Source of the DNA: Octopus bimaculoides | Taxonomy: Eukaryota | Length of the DNA stretch: 64,000 bases | Direction of reading: 5' to 3' | NCBI RefSeq assembly: GCF_001194135.2 | Contig: NC_068987.1 | Span: 95,902,121 to 95,966,120, forward strand | Shown here: one piece after another, positions 36,885 through 51,292 of the stretch | How positions within the stretch are numbered: the stretch's first letter is position 1 | Layout: each line of letters begins with the position of its first letter | The notes under the pieces: generated by a model | What the model saw: the letters and a program-made list of their open reading frames with translations, nothing else | Database searches by the model: none | Told to the model about the DNA's origin: nothing | Position numbers and translations under genes: made by a program

Positions 36885-39800
36885 AGGACATAGTGGATTT
36901 AGCCACAGACCCACAATAAACTATACCCAATGGAAGGCATTGTACTTACTTTTAAGTCCTGTACTTTTTCTATTGATCTGTTTTGCTGAACTGCTAATGT
37001 ACAGGAACACAAACAAGCCAACATCAGTTGTCAAACGGTGGTGGGGACAAACACACCACACACAAGATGAGCTTCCATATTAATTCTTTCATAAGGTATT
37101 GACTGGCCCAGGACTATTAATAGAAGACACTTTCCTAAGGTGCTGCATAATGGGACTGAACCAAAGGTTACATGATTCCAAAATGAACTTCTGAAACACA
37201 CGGCCTGCCTTTGTTATTCTGGCATGAAATCCATTTGCTCCATACAAATCCCAGGTCATTCAATGCACAGCACCAAACACCATTCCAAGTTTGTTTCTGT
37301 CACCTCACCTGCTTCCCCTACATTTCCTACAGATGCATACATGCACACACACACTCTCCCTCTCTCTCTCTCTCTCTCACACGCACACACACACACAACC
37401 ACCATCACAGACATTCATTTAAAACTGGTGATTCACACTACTACTACTTTGAGCAACTTTAGTGCATGTGTCTTTTCAACCAAATTCTAATAGGTGTACA
37501 TATATATGCAATGTATATGTATGATGAGTGTTCGTGTGTGTGTGTATAGGTATATGTAAAGTGAATATATATATATTTATATAAAAGTATATATACATAA
37601 TGTGCATGCATGCCCCAGACACAGTAAAGTGGAAATATTCAGTTATGTCTATTTGTAAGTCTCAGTGCAAATCCTGTTGGTGTCAGTTTAGCCTTTCTTT
37701 CTTTCAGAGACATTAAGACATTGAAATAATTGTACTAGGAAAATACTGAAATCTGAGTCATTTAACCCTTTAGTGTTCAGATTACTTCGCCAAATGTAAT
37801 ACATACTCATTCACATTGATTTGAATTATCCATGTATAACCTTTGTTGTTTTGATATATCAACGGTGTGATTGCTTATGTTTTGAAAGTCATTGTTAGAT
37901 ATAGGAGAGAGGCCAGATTTGGCCAGTTTGAACATAAAACAGGTATAAAATTTGGGGCTAGATTTGGCCAGTTTAAATGTTAAGACGTGTACCTTTGTCA
38001 ATATTAGGAATCACCACATTCTAAGATATGGTGAATGTCTGTTGGCACCTGGAATGTCATCAGGTGCTCACTGCCCTCTACCAGTTGAGAAATATGGTCA
38101 GTGGAAGTTCTATAATATCAATATACAGAAATATAGTGATGGGTAAGAACAATGACATTCTTAGGGAAACTCTAGGCGCTGACAAGGACGAACTCACTGT
38201 TTCAGAGGATATTTGGACCTGGTACTACTTCCAGAAATTCCTAGCATGGCAGTACTAAAATTTCTGGCCTTGTGCCCATAGTAGAAAGAAATAATAATTA
38301 TTATTATTGTGGCCGTTGCCAGTACCGCCTGACTGGCTCCCGTAGGATTTTCGAGTGAGATCGTTGCCAGTGCCCCTGGACTGGCTTGTGCGGGTGGCAC
38401 ATAAAAGACACCATTTCGAGCGTGGCCGTTTTCGTGTGGGTGACACGTAAAAGCACCCACTACACTCTCTGAATGGTTGGCGTTAGGAAGGGCATCCAGC
38501 TGTAGAAACTCTGCCAAATTAGATTGGAGCCTGGTGTTGCCATCCGGTTTCACCAGTCCTCAGTCAAATCGTCCAACCCATGCTAGCATGGAAAGCGGAC
38601 GTTAAACGATGATGATGATTATCATCATCATCGACTTTGCCTTTCATCTTTTCTGGGTCGGTAAATTAAGTACCAGTGTAATCAACTAATCCCCTCCCAA
38701 AAAATTTCAGGCCTTGTGCCTCTATTAGAAAGGATTATCGACATCATCTTTAAAACAGTGAGCTGGCAGAATCATTAGCAAGTTGAATAAAATGCTATGC
38801 GGCTTTCCTTCTGACCCTTTATGTTCTAAGTTCAAATTCTGCTGAGGTCAATCTTGCCTTTCATCATTTTGGGGTTGATTAAATAAATACCAGTTGAGCA
38901 CTGAAGACAGTGTAATCAGCTTATTCTTTCCCATAAAAATTGCCAAAATTTGAAACCATTATTATTGTTATTACTTATTTCTTTATTACCCACAAGGGGC
39001 CAAACATAGAGGGAACAAACAAGGACAGACAAAGGGATTAAGTTGATTACATTGACCTCAGTGTGCAACTGGTACTTAATTTATCGACCCCAAAAGGATG
39101 AAAGACAAAGTCGACCTCGGTGGAATTTGAACTCAGAGCGTAATGGCAGACAAAATACCGCTAAGCATTTCACCTGGCATGCTAACGTATCTGCCAGCTC
39201 GCTGCCTTTATTGTTATTATACTTCAATGCTAATGCCTGCAGAATAGAACTTCAAAATGTCTACTTGAAAAAACCTGCATGAGGGATAAAATATGGGAAC
39301 AAACTTAAAGATTTGACAGCAGTCTTAGCCCATAAAAATTAAACAAACCACATTTTGTTTAAGTATATATTAATCAACCCATTTGAATGGATCATCAGGT
39401 ACAGTTTGGAACAGTTGGAATGTTATGATGGTAGAAATTAAATAAACAAACTTAATGGACATATTTTTTTAAGGAAGTCTTGCAAGAGAGACATTTTAAT
39501 GATAGCATTATAATAAAGGAAACCTTGTTATTATGTTTCTTAGCTTTTTTTTATACTCCTCTCTCAATACCATATCAATAAGTTTCTTTACGGCCAGTCC
39601 CGTCCCCGCCACTCTCACTCCTAATATGCTATTAACTTGTACATAGACCACTACACTATGCTGTACTTCCTGTATTTACTAAAATGTCAAGCTATGTGTA
39701 AAAGCACAAAGGTTTCTGTGAAGTTATTCATATTTATTTATCAACTCATAACTTCTTATCTTTTCATCATAGTGAACTAAAATATTGAAAATCAAAATAT

Positions 39801-39897
39801 TCATATATTTATTCATTATTGTTAGTACATCCATTCTGTTACTTGTTTCAGTCATTAGACTGCAGCCATGCTGGAGCACCACCTTAAAGATTTTTAG

Positions 39898-40481
39898 GGA
39901 TCTTTTTTAAAACGGGGGCCACATTTTTCATTAATGTTTTACGTAGTGCTTTTGGTACCGAAAGACTTTCAAACTTCGTATACTTATCTATTTTGTGTTA
40001 TAGAACAGAAAAATATTTTTGTATTCGAATTTATTTCATGTAAAAAATTGTCTTATTTCGATAATTTCAACCAATCACTGACGTCCATTCAGCCGATATA
40101 CATTAAGTGCCGACTACATAAACAAACGATTCTTCGTTTTATTTGCTTTTTTCATTTTAAATTTGCTTTAACCCTAACCCTAACCCTAACTCTAACCCTA
40201 GGGTTAGGGTTAGGGTTAGGGTTAGGGTTAGGGTTAGGGTTAATTGTTTCAGAATCGTTTGTTTATGTAGTCGGCACTTAATGTATATCGGCTGAATGGA
40301 CGTCAGTGATTGGTTGAAATTACAGAAATACGACAACTTTAACATGGAATAATTTATGGATTTCTTTTTTTTTTAAGAAGACTAAGAGAAAAAGATGTTT
40401 TATATGACACATTCTACCAGTGATCCAAGTTTCAAAGTGTTTCGTTAATGAAAAATGTGGCCCCCGTTTTAAAAAAGATCC
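39898..40481. mobile_element. 584-bp non-autonomous DNA transposon with a central telomeric palindrome, nested in a SINE
   Basis: Perfect 37-bp TIRs, perfect 8-bp TSD ATTTTTAG, a 72-bp inner inverted repeat, and (TAACCC)5-TA-(GGGTTA)7 at 40169-40242. Confidence 0.93.
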
Positions 40482-40630
40482 ATTTTTAGTCGAAGAAATC
40501 AACCCCAGTACTTATTCTATCCTTCCTTTTGTTGAACTGCTAAGTTATGGGGACGTAAACACACCAACACCAGTTGTCAAGTGGAGATGGGGGACAAACA
40601 CAGATGCAAAGACACACACACACACATACA

Positions 40631-41880
40631 TTGGGTCATCCCATAAATAATGCGTCTTTTTATACTTCTTTTATTTTTCAAAACTAAGGTAAACAAAGTT
40701 CTTTTTTAATTTAAAATATACTCTCCTTCATTTTCTACAACACTCTATCATCGATCTGGTAGACTTGCAAGGCCCTTCTTCCAAAATTCACTTGTCCATG
40801 ACGAAAAATACTCCCCCAGTATTGTTCTGACCACGTCTACAGGGTTTTTTTTTTTTCTGTCTTAATAATTTTGAAGACTGCAGAATAAATGATAATCAGA
40901 TGGGGCAATGTCTGGCGAATATGGTGGGTGGGGTATCATTTCCCATTCAAACTGCTTCAGCCTTTACAATGCCATCCTCGCTGTATCTGGCCAAGCATTA
41001 TCCTGATGGAAGAACACCTTTCATCTTGAAACCCAAGAGGGTCATTTTCCTTCTAGTGCTGACTTAAGCCACTCAAGCTGCTCACAGTAGATCTCCTTTG
41101 TCATCGTTTGGTTTTGGTTTAAAAGTTCAAAATAGACTAAACCTTTCATATCCCACCAAACAGATGACAACACCTTACGCGGGTAAGATCTTCTTTAGCC
41201 TGGGGTGCCTATGTTTCTCCTTTCCCTACCCACTGTCTTCAGCGCTTGACATTTTTATGGAGAACCCATTTCTCATCATAAGTTACTATCTGGTCCAAAA
41301 AATGGTTCATTTGTGAGACGTGACAACAAAGAAGAGTGCACACATTCTCTCTCTGTGCACAATGAGACTCAGAAAGTTTATTAGGAACCCACTGACCCAA
41401 TTTGCTGATGGTATGCAGGTGTTGATGAATGGTTGAATTACCAAATCCAAGCTTCTCTGCTAGTTTCTCAACAATTACAATATGATTTTGTTTCACCAAG
41501 GTTTGCAGGATGTCCTTGTTGAGCTCTAAAGATCTTCCAGGATAAGGTTCGTCGTCTTGGTTGTAGTTTTCAGCTTAGAATTTCTGGAACCACTGGCTTA
41601 TGCTTATTGTCTGATCCCCATATACTGCATTAATATTCCTCACACTTTCCGTTGCATTGTTGTCTTAATTGAATTCATTAAGCAAAATATGTTGAATATG
41701 GTTCTTTGTCACTTCCATTATAGCTTTGAAAAAATAACTGTTAAAATCAAACTGCACTCTTCAAAACTTGCACTATAAGTAGAACATAAAATTACTACCT
41801 GCTTTTATAGAAAGTTAATGCAGGTAGTTTATCCCATCCTCTTCCAACTTTTAGTTCATGCAATTGAAAAAAGAAAACAC
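40631..41880 (-). mobile_element. Degraded mariner element (transposase pseudogene)
   Basis: LGQWVPNKLS and FLDQIVTYDEKW motifs. One TIR at 40631; the other end is lost at a SINE. Confidence 0.8.
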
Positions 41881-43080
41881 TTCACTTGCCCAAGGTGCTA
41901 TGCAGTGGGACTGAACCAGGAACTATGTGGTTGGGAAGCAGGCTTCTTACCACACAGCCATGCCAGTCTATTTTCATTATAAATTCAAATCTTACTGATG
42001 AAGACCATGTGTTTCTCATCATTCTGGGCTTAATCAAATAAAGTATCAGTCAGGTACTGGTGAAAGGTGAGTGTGATAAGAAATAACAATATAACTACAG
42101 GGAGTGGGGTAGGTCAGTAAGATAAAGTATCGGTACCGGTACCGTGTTAACAAAAGGAGAAATATTGGTAGATATCAGACAAAATGCTTCATGATGTAAG
42201 TTATATTTTCAATATAAATCCTGCTAGGGTCAACTTTGCTGTTCATCTTTCTAAGGTTAATAAAATAAAGTAAAAGTCATGTAAAAATGTCAATAGATTT
42301 GATTAAGACTCTATTTCAAAATCGTTAGTTTTGTGCCTCAATTAGAAACAAATGGCAGTAATTGACAGAATCGTTAAGGTGTCAAAAATGCTTTGTAGTA
42401 TTTGTTCTGGCATTTTATGCTCTGAGTTCAAATCCTGCTGAGACCAACTTTACCTTTCACCCCACTTGGGCTTTAAATGAAGTACTAGTAAAGTACTGGG
42501 ATTGATATAATCGACTAACACCCTTACACTAGAATTTTAGGAGTTGTGACTACATTAAGAATAATATTAAATGGGAGTATAATTTCTAACTCAGACACAA
42601 GGTCTACACATTTTTAGGGCTGAAATAAGTTGATTACAGAACCAGTAGGGCACTGGGGTCAATGTGATCAACTTAACTACTCTTGGGTAAGAGTATAAAA
42701 ACTGTACCCCTCTGCCAAGCCATGTTGAGCCAGTGTGACAGGGTAGGCTCATCAAACGAGTATGATCTCAAGCCAGTCTCTGGTGGAGGGGGACATGCTG
42801 AAGCCTTAGTCCTGCAGTGGACTGAACATGGGCAATCCAATACAATCCCTAATGATGTCAGTACTTGACTGGTTTTTTATTTTATTAACCCTGGAAGGAT
42901 GAAAGGCAAAGTTGATCTGAGCAAGATTTGAACATATAACAACAATGATGGTGGTGGAGGTAACCAATAAAAACAGCCCAATTACTTGACCACCTGACTG
43001 TCCATCTGTCCATCCATCCATCAATCCATCCAATGTGCTATAGCAGCCATGAAGGGCTGTTGATATCTTGGAATTGCAAC

Positions 43081-43347
43081 CAGGGTTGTGGAGTAGAAAC
43101 AAAAAACTTTGACTCTGACTCCTCTATTATTGGCACCTCCGACTCTGACTCCTCTTTATGCAATTAAGTGATTGTGGTCAACACATTTAATAAAGCATAT
43201 GCATACGCTTGTACTTTGAGTAGGCCTATATGTTATAACTGGTTTATATTAAAGAATAAAGATATTGTGAGTCAGAGTCGGTATAGTTTTACCGACTCCA
43301 AATCCAGTTACCCCTTAATTGTTTCCAACTCTGACTCCACATCCCCG
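43081..43347. mobile_element. hAT-like MITE (267 bp)
   Basis: CAGGGTTGTGGAGT...ACTCCACATCCCCG ends, GACTCTGACTCC subterminal repeats, and TSD ATTGCAAC/ATTGCAGC (7/8). Confidence 0.75.
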
Positions 43348-44315
43348 ATTGCAGCATTGGGGCAAATAGTATGTAAGGTACCACTCTGCAGAAGATACAA
43401 CTCATTTTCAGCTGAGTGGACTGGAGTGATATGAAATGAGAATGAAATACCTTGCCCAAGGAGACAATGCACCACCAAGACCAAGGATCAAACCCCAGAC
43501 CTTACAATCATGAGTTTAACAGCTTAATCCTTAAGCCACGTGCCTTCAAATCTTGATTAGTACTTATTCCGTCAACTCCATAAGGCTGAAAGACAAAGTC
43601 AACCTCAGCAGAACTCAAACTCATAATGTATATAGGACTACATTATCTCATGTGACCTTCCCTTATTTAACCCTTTAGCATTTAACCCGACCACTTCCAG
43701 CCCAAATATTTTACATGTTTTATGTTCAAACTGGCCAGATCTGGCCTCTCACACCTAACCTACAATGTCATTCTAAAAATAAACAATTACATCATCGAAA
43801 TCTTGAAGCTACAAGATAATACATGATTAATTTAAAACAATGGGAATAAATAAGCATCACATTTGACAGATTAATGTGGATGCTAAAGGGTTGAGACAGA
43901 GCTATTTTCAGCAACTTGAACGTTTCACATTGAGACTTCTTTGACTGATGGTAGAGATGTTGTTGTTGCTGTTGGGGTTGCTTTACAAATATTTCAGCAT
44001 AATATATTAAATGTCATAATATTTATTTATGAAAATGTTATTTTTGAATATCTTACATAACTATTTTCTTAAGGCTTCATGTCTATTTGCAAAAACATTA
44101 TTGGTAATTCATATGTTATAAATATATATATCATTATTATTATTTTATGTTTGACTTTTACTTTGCATTTGTACAAGTTGGATCCAAGTCTCACCCAGAG
44201 ACCTCAAGAGACAACAAGTTAGAAGTTCATGTAGGTGTTATGCCTAGGGTACCATATATTTGGATTTATACAGTGTTGTTCTAGAGAATGTTTAAGAAAC
44301 CATAAGAAAATTGTG

Positions 44316-44352
<37 letters not shown>

Positions 44353-46459
44353 CTTTATCATCATTGTACTATTATTATTACATCCATGGCTCAATAAGTA
44401 ACTAGTTTAGGTTATTGGGGATTGTGTATGTGTGTGTATGTGTGTGAGAGAGAGAGTTCTCTATGTGTCCCAATGCTAACTCTGTATGGGCCAGCAAGCT
44501 AACTCAGACTTGGGATAGGCAAAACCAGTAGAGCATAAGATAAAATAAATCCTTTCTTTATATTTTTTTTTATCATGCTTCTATGAGATCAAGGCCGACT
44601 CCATCCCCACACCTCACAAACCAAACAACAACAACAACATCACTAATAGGAACAATAGCAATGACATCAGCAGAGACAACATTAACAGAAACAACATTAC
44701 TCATTTCTAAAACAAGCCTCCGACTCCACCACACTGCAGTATGTAATATACCAACCCACCTGCAGTGTAAGAGGGGAGATATTTAGGAAAGCATGTGTGA
44801 GTGTATGTGTGTCAAAGGTGTATATGACATATGGGCTGCAAAATTCTGTGCAGGGTGGGGGGATTTTATTTATAAACTGTACCTAGAAATTGTAGACCTG
44901 GTACAAGTTAAGATATCACACTCACTAACTCCTCTGCAAGACAACTCAACAATCAGGTTTTCATCTCCCCCTCACTCCCTCTCCTCCAGTTAGATTCCCC
45001 TAATGAGTGAAGACAGCATGACTGTCACAACATCATATGCCATTTCCTCTGACTTTTCTTTAAATCAATAGAGTTAATTACTCATTTGGTGAAGATTTCA
45101 AGCAACTGGTTACTTATTTCATTTGTGTGTGTGATGTACAGGATATATAGATACACAGCTGGTCAGTGTGAATAGTTGCAAAGGGTTAGAGACAGTTAAG
45201 CTAGAGAGATGGGGGAAGGAGGGGGATAAACAGGCAAACAATGAGAAAGAAAAAGGAAGAGTAAGAGACAGACAAGGATAAGAAAGGTTGACATATAAGG
45301 AGAGAGAGAGTGGATAAACAGACAATAAGAGGGATAGACAAGCAGACAATGATGGTTAGATACATAAAGAGAAAGAGAGGAAGAGAGAATGATAAGAAGA
45401 GAGACAAGCAGAGAATAAGTGAGATAGACAAACAAGGATAGAAAAAGAAAAATACAAGGACAGAGAGAGAAAGAGAGAGAGAAAAAAAGAAAGACGAGAG
45501 AAACAAAGTGAGATACAGAAACAGTTTAGCAGATTCATCTCTCAGTGTTACAGAGTTGTTTTGCCAAAAGCTTCAAAGTTTTCAACACTAAGTATCTATG
45601 GATAGTTCAGAGGGGTCAGGATTATGTCAGACAGATATCCTGGTGGGAAGGCAAGGGGCACTTTAATGTCATTGTAACCTATGACATTGGACACTTTTCA
45701 GAAGCAAGGCTACCTAGGTATCTGTCACCTAAACATCTGTGGTTGGTCAAGTTTAAGTCTGACACTAGTGGCTATGGCATCTATTGGAGACAGTGGCAAC
45801 AATTCCAAAGTTTTTTTTTTTCAGCAGAGATACATGTAAACAGGACCATTTTCAACAAAGTCTGTGTATGTGTGCGTGTGTGTGTTTGTCTGTCTGTCTA
45901 TGTCTTCAAGTATATTCCTCTGTATGTGTCTGACTGTCTAACTCTATCTCTTTCTTTCTCTCTCTCACGCACACACACACACGCATTCCCCTCCCACACA
46001 TGAAGAAATATTTGGAAGTTGATACAAGTTGTAGTCAAATCCGGAAGTTGATACTCTAGAAGGGAGGACTGTAACTTGTCCAGAAATCAATGTTTGAAAG
46101 CAGCAAAATGATACATATATAAATCATCATCACCATCATGTTTCAACGTCTGCTTTCCATGCTGGACTGTTTGATTGAGGACTGGCAAGCCAGGAGGCTG
46201 CACCGGGCTCCAATCTGATCTGGCAAGGTTTCTACAGCTGGATGCCCTTCCTAATGCCAACCACTCCAAGAGTGTAGTGGATGCTTTTTATGTGCCACCG
46301 GCACGGGGGCCAATCAGATGGCACTGGCAACGACCATGCTTGAATGGTGCTTTTTATGTGCCACCAGCACAGGACCAGTCAGGGGGCAATATAGAATTTT
46401 CTACCTTGTCCTATTTTCCTTGTACATATCAACTCGTGTGTTACTCTTCAGCCTTCTAC

Positions 46460-46497
<38 letters not shown>

Positions 46498-48976
46498 TTT
46501 CTTGTAATTTTCACAGTCCTTGTTGCGATGTGGTGGCTTGTGTCCCTTAAAGACCCAGAAACAAGCTCCTAGTAAAGCCTCTCATGCTGAATGGGTCAAA
46601 GGTCAGTGACCGGACTAATATGGGCCACATTTTCCCAAATGTAAAAATGGGCCAACATCCCTACCTAGAAGAAGGCAAGATTACTGAAGCATCAGTGATG
46701 GTTCAAAACCAACAAGACCAGAGAGAGGATGGCATTTGGTGCTGCACAATCTGAAAGGAAACCATGAAGCTGACTGTCCTTCTGACCACCAGAAAAACAG
46801 CCCAGAGTCAAAAACATGGAGAAAAGTTGCCAATGGTGCAGGCATAGCTCTGTGATAAGAAGCTTGCTTCCCAACAACATGGTTCCAGATTCAGTCCCAC
46901 AGCATGGCATCTGTGGCGTCTTTTACTATAGCTTCAGGTTGATCAAAGCCTTGTGAGTGGATTTGCTAGATGGAAACTGAAGGAAACCCATCATGTGTGT
47001 ATGTATGTATATGTGTGTGTGTGTGTGTGTGTCTTTGTGTCTGTGTTTGTCCCCTCATCTCCACTTGATAACCAGTGTTGGTGTGTTTGGGTCCCCGTAA
47101 CCTAGCAGTTCAGCAAAAGACCCCGATAGAATAAGTACTAGGTTTAAAAAATCAGTTGTGGGGTCGATTTGTTCGACTAAAGCCCTTCAAGGCAGTGCTC
47201 CAGCATGGCCACAGTCAAATGACTGAAACAAGTAAAAGAATAAATGAAGAAACGTCCAATGCTCCACTGGAAGGCAAAGGGCTTAAGTAAGCAATTAACA
47301 TCTTAGCTGTAATGACAATTGGAGGGGAGCAACCAATTCTACAATGTCCTTCTGGACTGGCCATTCAACCTGCTAGAAGCAGTAGCTTATTTCCCTTAAA
47401 TCACATGCTACTGTCTTTAATAAGGACATTTTACATTGCATAAAATGATAGGTCATGACTGGAATTACTTCTGATTACAGGTTGCCTGGATTGGAGCTGA
47501 CCTGGGGGTAAACAATAAACTGCTGCAACTACTGTTGCTGCTACTACCCCTAATTCTTCATCTTCCAAAATCATTCTACTCTAAATTTCAAGATTATTCT
47601 GACCTAGTTTTCTAGATATAGGAACAATGCAACTAGACTGTAGTTGACTAGTTTAGGCGTATGGGGAGAGTGAGGGAGATGACCCACAAAAGGTAACATT
47701 TGAAATAACAATTTGATGCTTAGTTACACATTTTTCAGATGTGTATGTGTGTACATACGAGTATGCATGTATGTGAGAATAAAAATGTGTGAAGCTTTTA
47801 TCACTGCCCAGTACTATTTTTGCTACACCCTCTCAATCACTTTCCACCTGTCAGCCAGCAAAGAAGCCTCTGCTGGCTTAAAAAGAAAAAGGACACACTG
47901 AATAATGTAGTCCTAATAAGAAGGGCACATAAGATAATTTAGTTGTACAGATAAAACATAGTGGCTCCAGTTGGCTCCAGTGTTTTTGATCAAGGTCTTC
48001 TAAACAATAGCAACAAAGCTAGATATAAAAACAATACAGATAAGATTAGAGAAAATACTGCAGCTATACTCACCTCATCAGCCTAACCTCACCACCAAAA
48101 CCACATACACCACCTTGCTAATTAAAGTTACATCATTTTCTATTCTACACAAGCAAACATCCCACCCCCACTAACTCTCCATCTACCAACTATGGAAATC
48201 ACCAGTTTAAAATTAAAAAAACGAAAACTTATTCAAGAGAGAAGGGAATGAGATTATGTGATGTTCAATCAGTTCTCAAATTTACTGACTGTAAAAAGGG
48301 GACAAAATGGTGATCACTAGTGGAGAGTACAAAATTGTGGGGACTGGAATTGTCCCAAAGTTAAAGTGGGCAGGGTCACATGCTGGGTCAATTAATCATA
48401 ATTGTTTGTTAATTAAGTTTTACTTAGTCCTTTACTAAACTGAAAGCTGTACTTGTTTGCATATCTGAATTAATATGCAAATTAGTTTTATGTTTAACTA
48501 ACCGTCACCATCATCATCATCATTACAATATGCACACAACAACAAACAAAACAAAATCACTTTTCAACAAAACTGATGTACAGTGCGATGCAAAATTCAT
48601 TTTCCATTCTAGATTTGTCTGCACCTAACCTCTTCCCCACCTCATCCGACGCTACTGGAATTATCTTAAAGAAAGATTCTATGTAAACAAGCTGCAAATA
48701 CTCCAGAAACTGAAGAATAACATTCTAAAAGCAATTAGAATACTGGAACCAGATACATTATTATGAGATGTGTTGGAACACTGCCTAAAAAGGATTCAAC
48801 TATATGAAACTGAAAATGGAAGGCATTTGAGTAATGGTTATATTTCGCAATAAATTCAAACTAACTTCAAGTCTAAAATAAATATATCTAACTAGAAAAT
48901 GTCTTTACTTTATAATTAGAAAATTTAGTTTTAAAATGGAAAGTAGCTTTTGCACTTCCCTGTAGAAACTACCTTC

Positions 48977-49019
<43 letters not shown>

Positions 49020-49483
49020 TGTTTAACATCCACTTTCCTTGATGGCATGAGTTAGATGGTTTGACTGAGGCCTGATAAGCCAGGAGGCTGCACCAGGCTC
49101 CAATCTGATCTGACAAGGTTTCTACAGCTGGATGCCCTTCCTAACACCTACCACTCCAAGTGTAGTGGGTGCTCTTTATGCGCCACCAGCACGGGGGCCA
49201 GTCAGGCAGCACTGGCATTGACCACACTTGAATGGTGCTTTTTACATGCCACAAAAAAAAAAAAAAATGGAAGCATATTCCATCCTCACTTACACTGCTC
49301 TTAACAGCCAATCTGATATCAACTAGAGACAACATTAACCCTCTAATAAGAGCAGTCAAATAGTTGAGAACCCACAATGCAAGCGGCTGATCTATCAGCT
49401 GCCAAATGTCCTTGTGTATAAACAAGTCACCTAACTACCAGGCCAGTCAAAGCCTATGTTTCATATGGCCTATGGTTCATAAA

Positions 49484-49874
49484 GTGGAGGCGCAATGGCC
49501 CAGTAGTTAGGGCAGCGGACTCGCAATCCTATGACCGCGGTTTCGATTCCCAGACCGGGCGTTGTGAGTGTTTTTTGAGCGAAAATACCTAAAGCTCCAC
49601 GAGGCTCCGGCAGGGGATGGTGGCGAACCCTGCTGTACTCTTTCACCACAACTTTCTCTCGCTCTTACTTCCTGTTTCTGTTGTGCCTGTAATTCAAAGG
49701 GTCAGCCTTGTCACACTGTGCCACGCTGAATATCCCCGAGAACTACGTTAAGGGTACACGTGTCTGTGGAGTGCTCAGCCACTTGCACGTTAATTTCACG
49801 AGCAGGCTGTTCTGTTGATCGGATCAACTGGAACCCTCGACGCCGTAAGCGATGGAGTGCCAACAACAACAACA
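49484..49874 (+). mobile_element. tRNA-derived SINE family D, full length
   Basis: A/B boxes, (CAA)n tail, and a 10-bp TSD ATGGTTCATA (49472-81, 49875-84). Confidence 0.9.
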
Positions 49875-51206
49875 ATGGTTCATACACCAGTATGTCTGTA
49901 TGAACTGTTTTGATTTTTGTAGTTCCAAATCACCAAAAATGGTCCACTTATTGAGTTGTAGCCCAAATTTTAGATTCTAGTAAGTGAACAGGGGGATAAT
50001 TATAGTAATGATAGTGATTTTGAAAGCAAAAATGGGCTAGAACAGGATGATATGAGTGTATAGAGCAGTGTAGTCCATATTATTGAGTTAGATAATGATA
50101 AATGAGGAGTCTCAATAAATGAAATGAACCCACCATCTTGGTGATGGTGCTACCCAAAAGAATACAGACAGACCTCCCCCAATCAACCAGATGGATTAGG
50201 GCTACAAATATGTGTTTTCATGGGAAAAAAGACTTACTGACACAAAAGAATTCTTTTTAAAAAAAATCAGTAAGATTTGGTCCAGAAACTCAGTGTAGAT
50301 ATCATGCAATACCCACGAAATTGGCAAGGAGGGGGTTAATCACAACACAACTGAAATCATAGCAACACAGCATGAAGTAACTAAAAGAAATAAACAAAAT
50401 AAACAAAAAAAAATGTAAAAAAAAAAACACTAGCAAACATTGGTATCCAATAGAAACCACAGAGCAAGAGCAAGTAGCAAAATTGTATACAAACTAATTA
50501 ACAGTATCAATAAATCTAACAATGGTCATACTAATTCATGCTTTACAATAATGACTGCAAGTAACATACTCGCACGCAATAGCAATCAAATTCCCTTGTC
50601 AAACAATTTTTAAAACCATCTATCAAAAACTACACAAACACAAAAGTTAAACAATGCATCTTTCACCTAGATCATGACTTTGACCCCATCCTTCTGTTAG
50701 ACAACAGAAAATCTGTATAAAGACATTGTAAAGCCCCAAAATCTCAAGGCCCGGCAATATTACAAATGCACATCTACAACGCCAAGGGCCAGAAGAAATT
50801 AGTGAACTCACCAATATCTTCAAGTTCTCATTTCAAAAAGTAATTGAGAAATCTGAAACTGCAGAAGCTTAAGGGCTCGACAAAAGCACAACCATACCAA
50901 AAACACGTAAAACCTGAAGAAATCACTGCACTGTCCAATATCTCTCAGCTGTTGTGAGTTAGCAGCAGTGAAAAAATTTCCTTCTTATACACCATGTCTT
51001 TAGATATACAAAAGTTTAAAAAATGTAATTTAAGATGATGACGGCCTTAGGGCCAAAAAGACAACGATGGTGGGAAACACTTAGAAGAAAGGATATGGAA
51101 ATAGCAAGACAGAGAAATTTTTTACAATCCAACAGCTGGGCAGCTGGTGTGAAAAAGAGAGAGAAGGAAAGAAAGCTGACCCCAGGTCATGTGTCAGCAA
51201 CAGGTT

Positions 51207-51210
<4 letters not shown>

Positions 51211-51290
<80 letters not shown>
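51211..51290 (+). repeat. (GA)n microsatellite
   Basis: Directly visible. Confidence 0.95.

Positions 51291-51292
<2 letters not shown>

Noticed and set aside
40169-40242. Chromosome end-to-end fusion scar
   Set aside because: The repeat order is opposite to a fusion, and it lies inside a TIR/TSD-bounded element present twice in the window.
48068-50812. Strong minus-strand GTGAGT donors at 48073 and 50811 as distal TMC 5'UTR exons
   Set aside because: No acceptor or start site can be supported from sequence alone. RNA data are needed.
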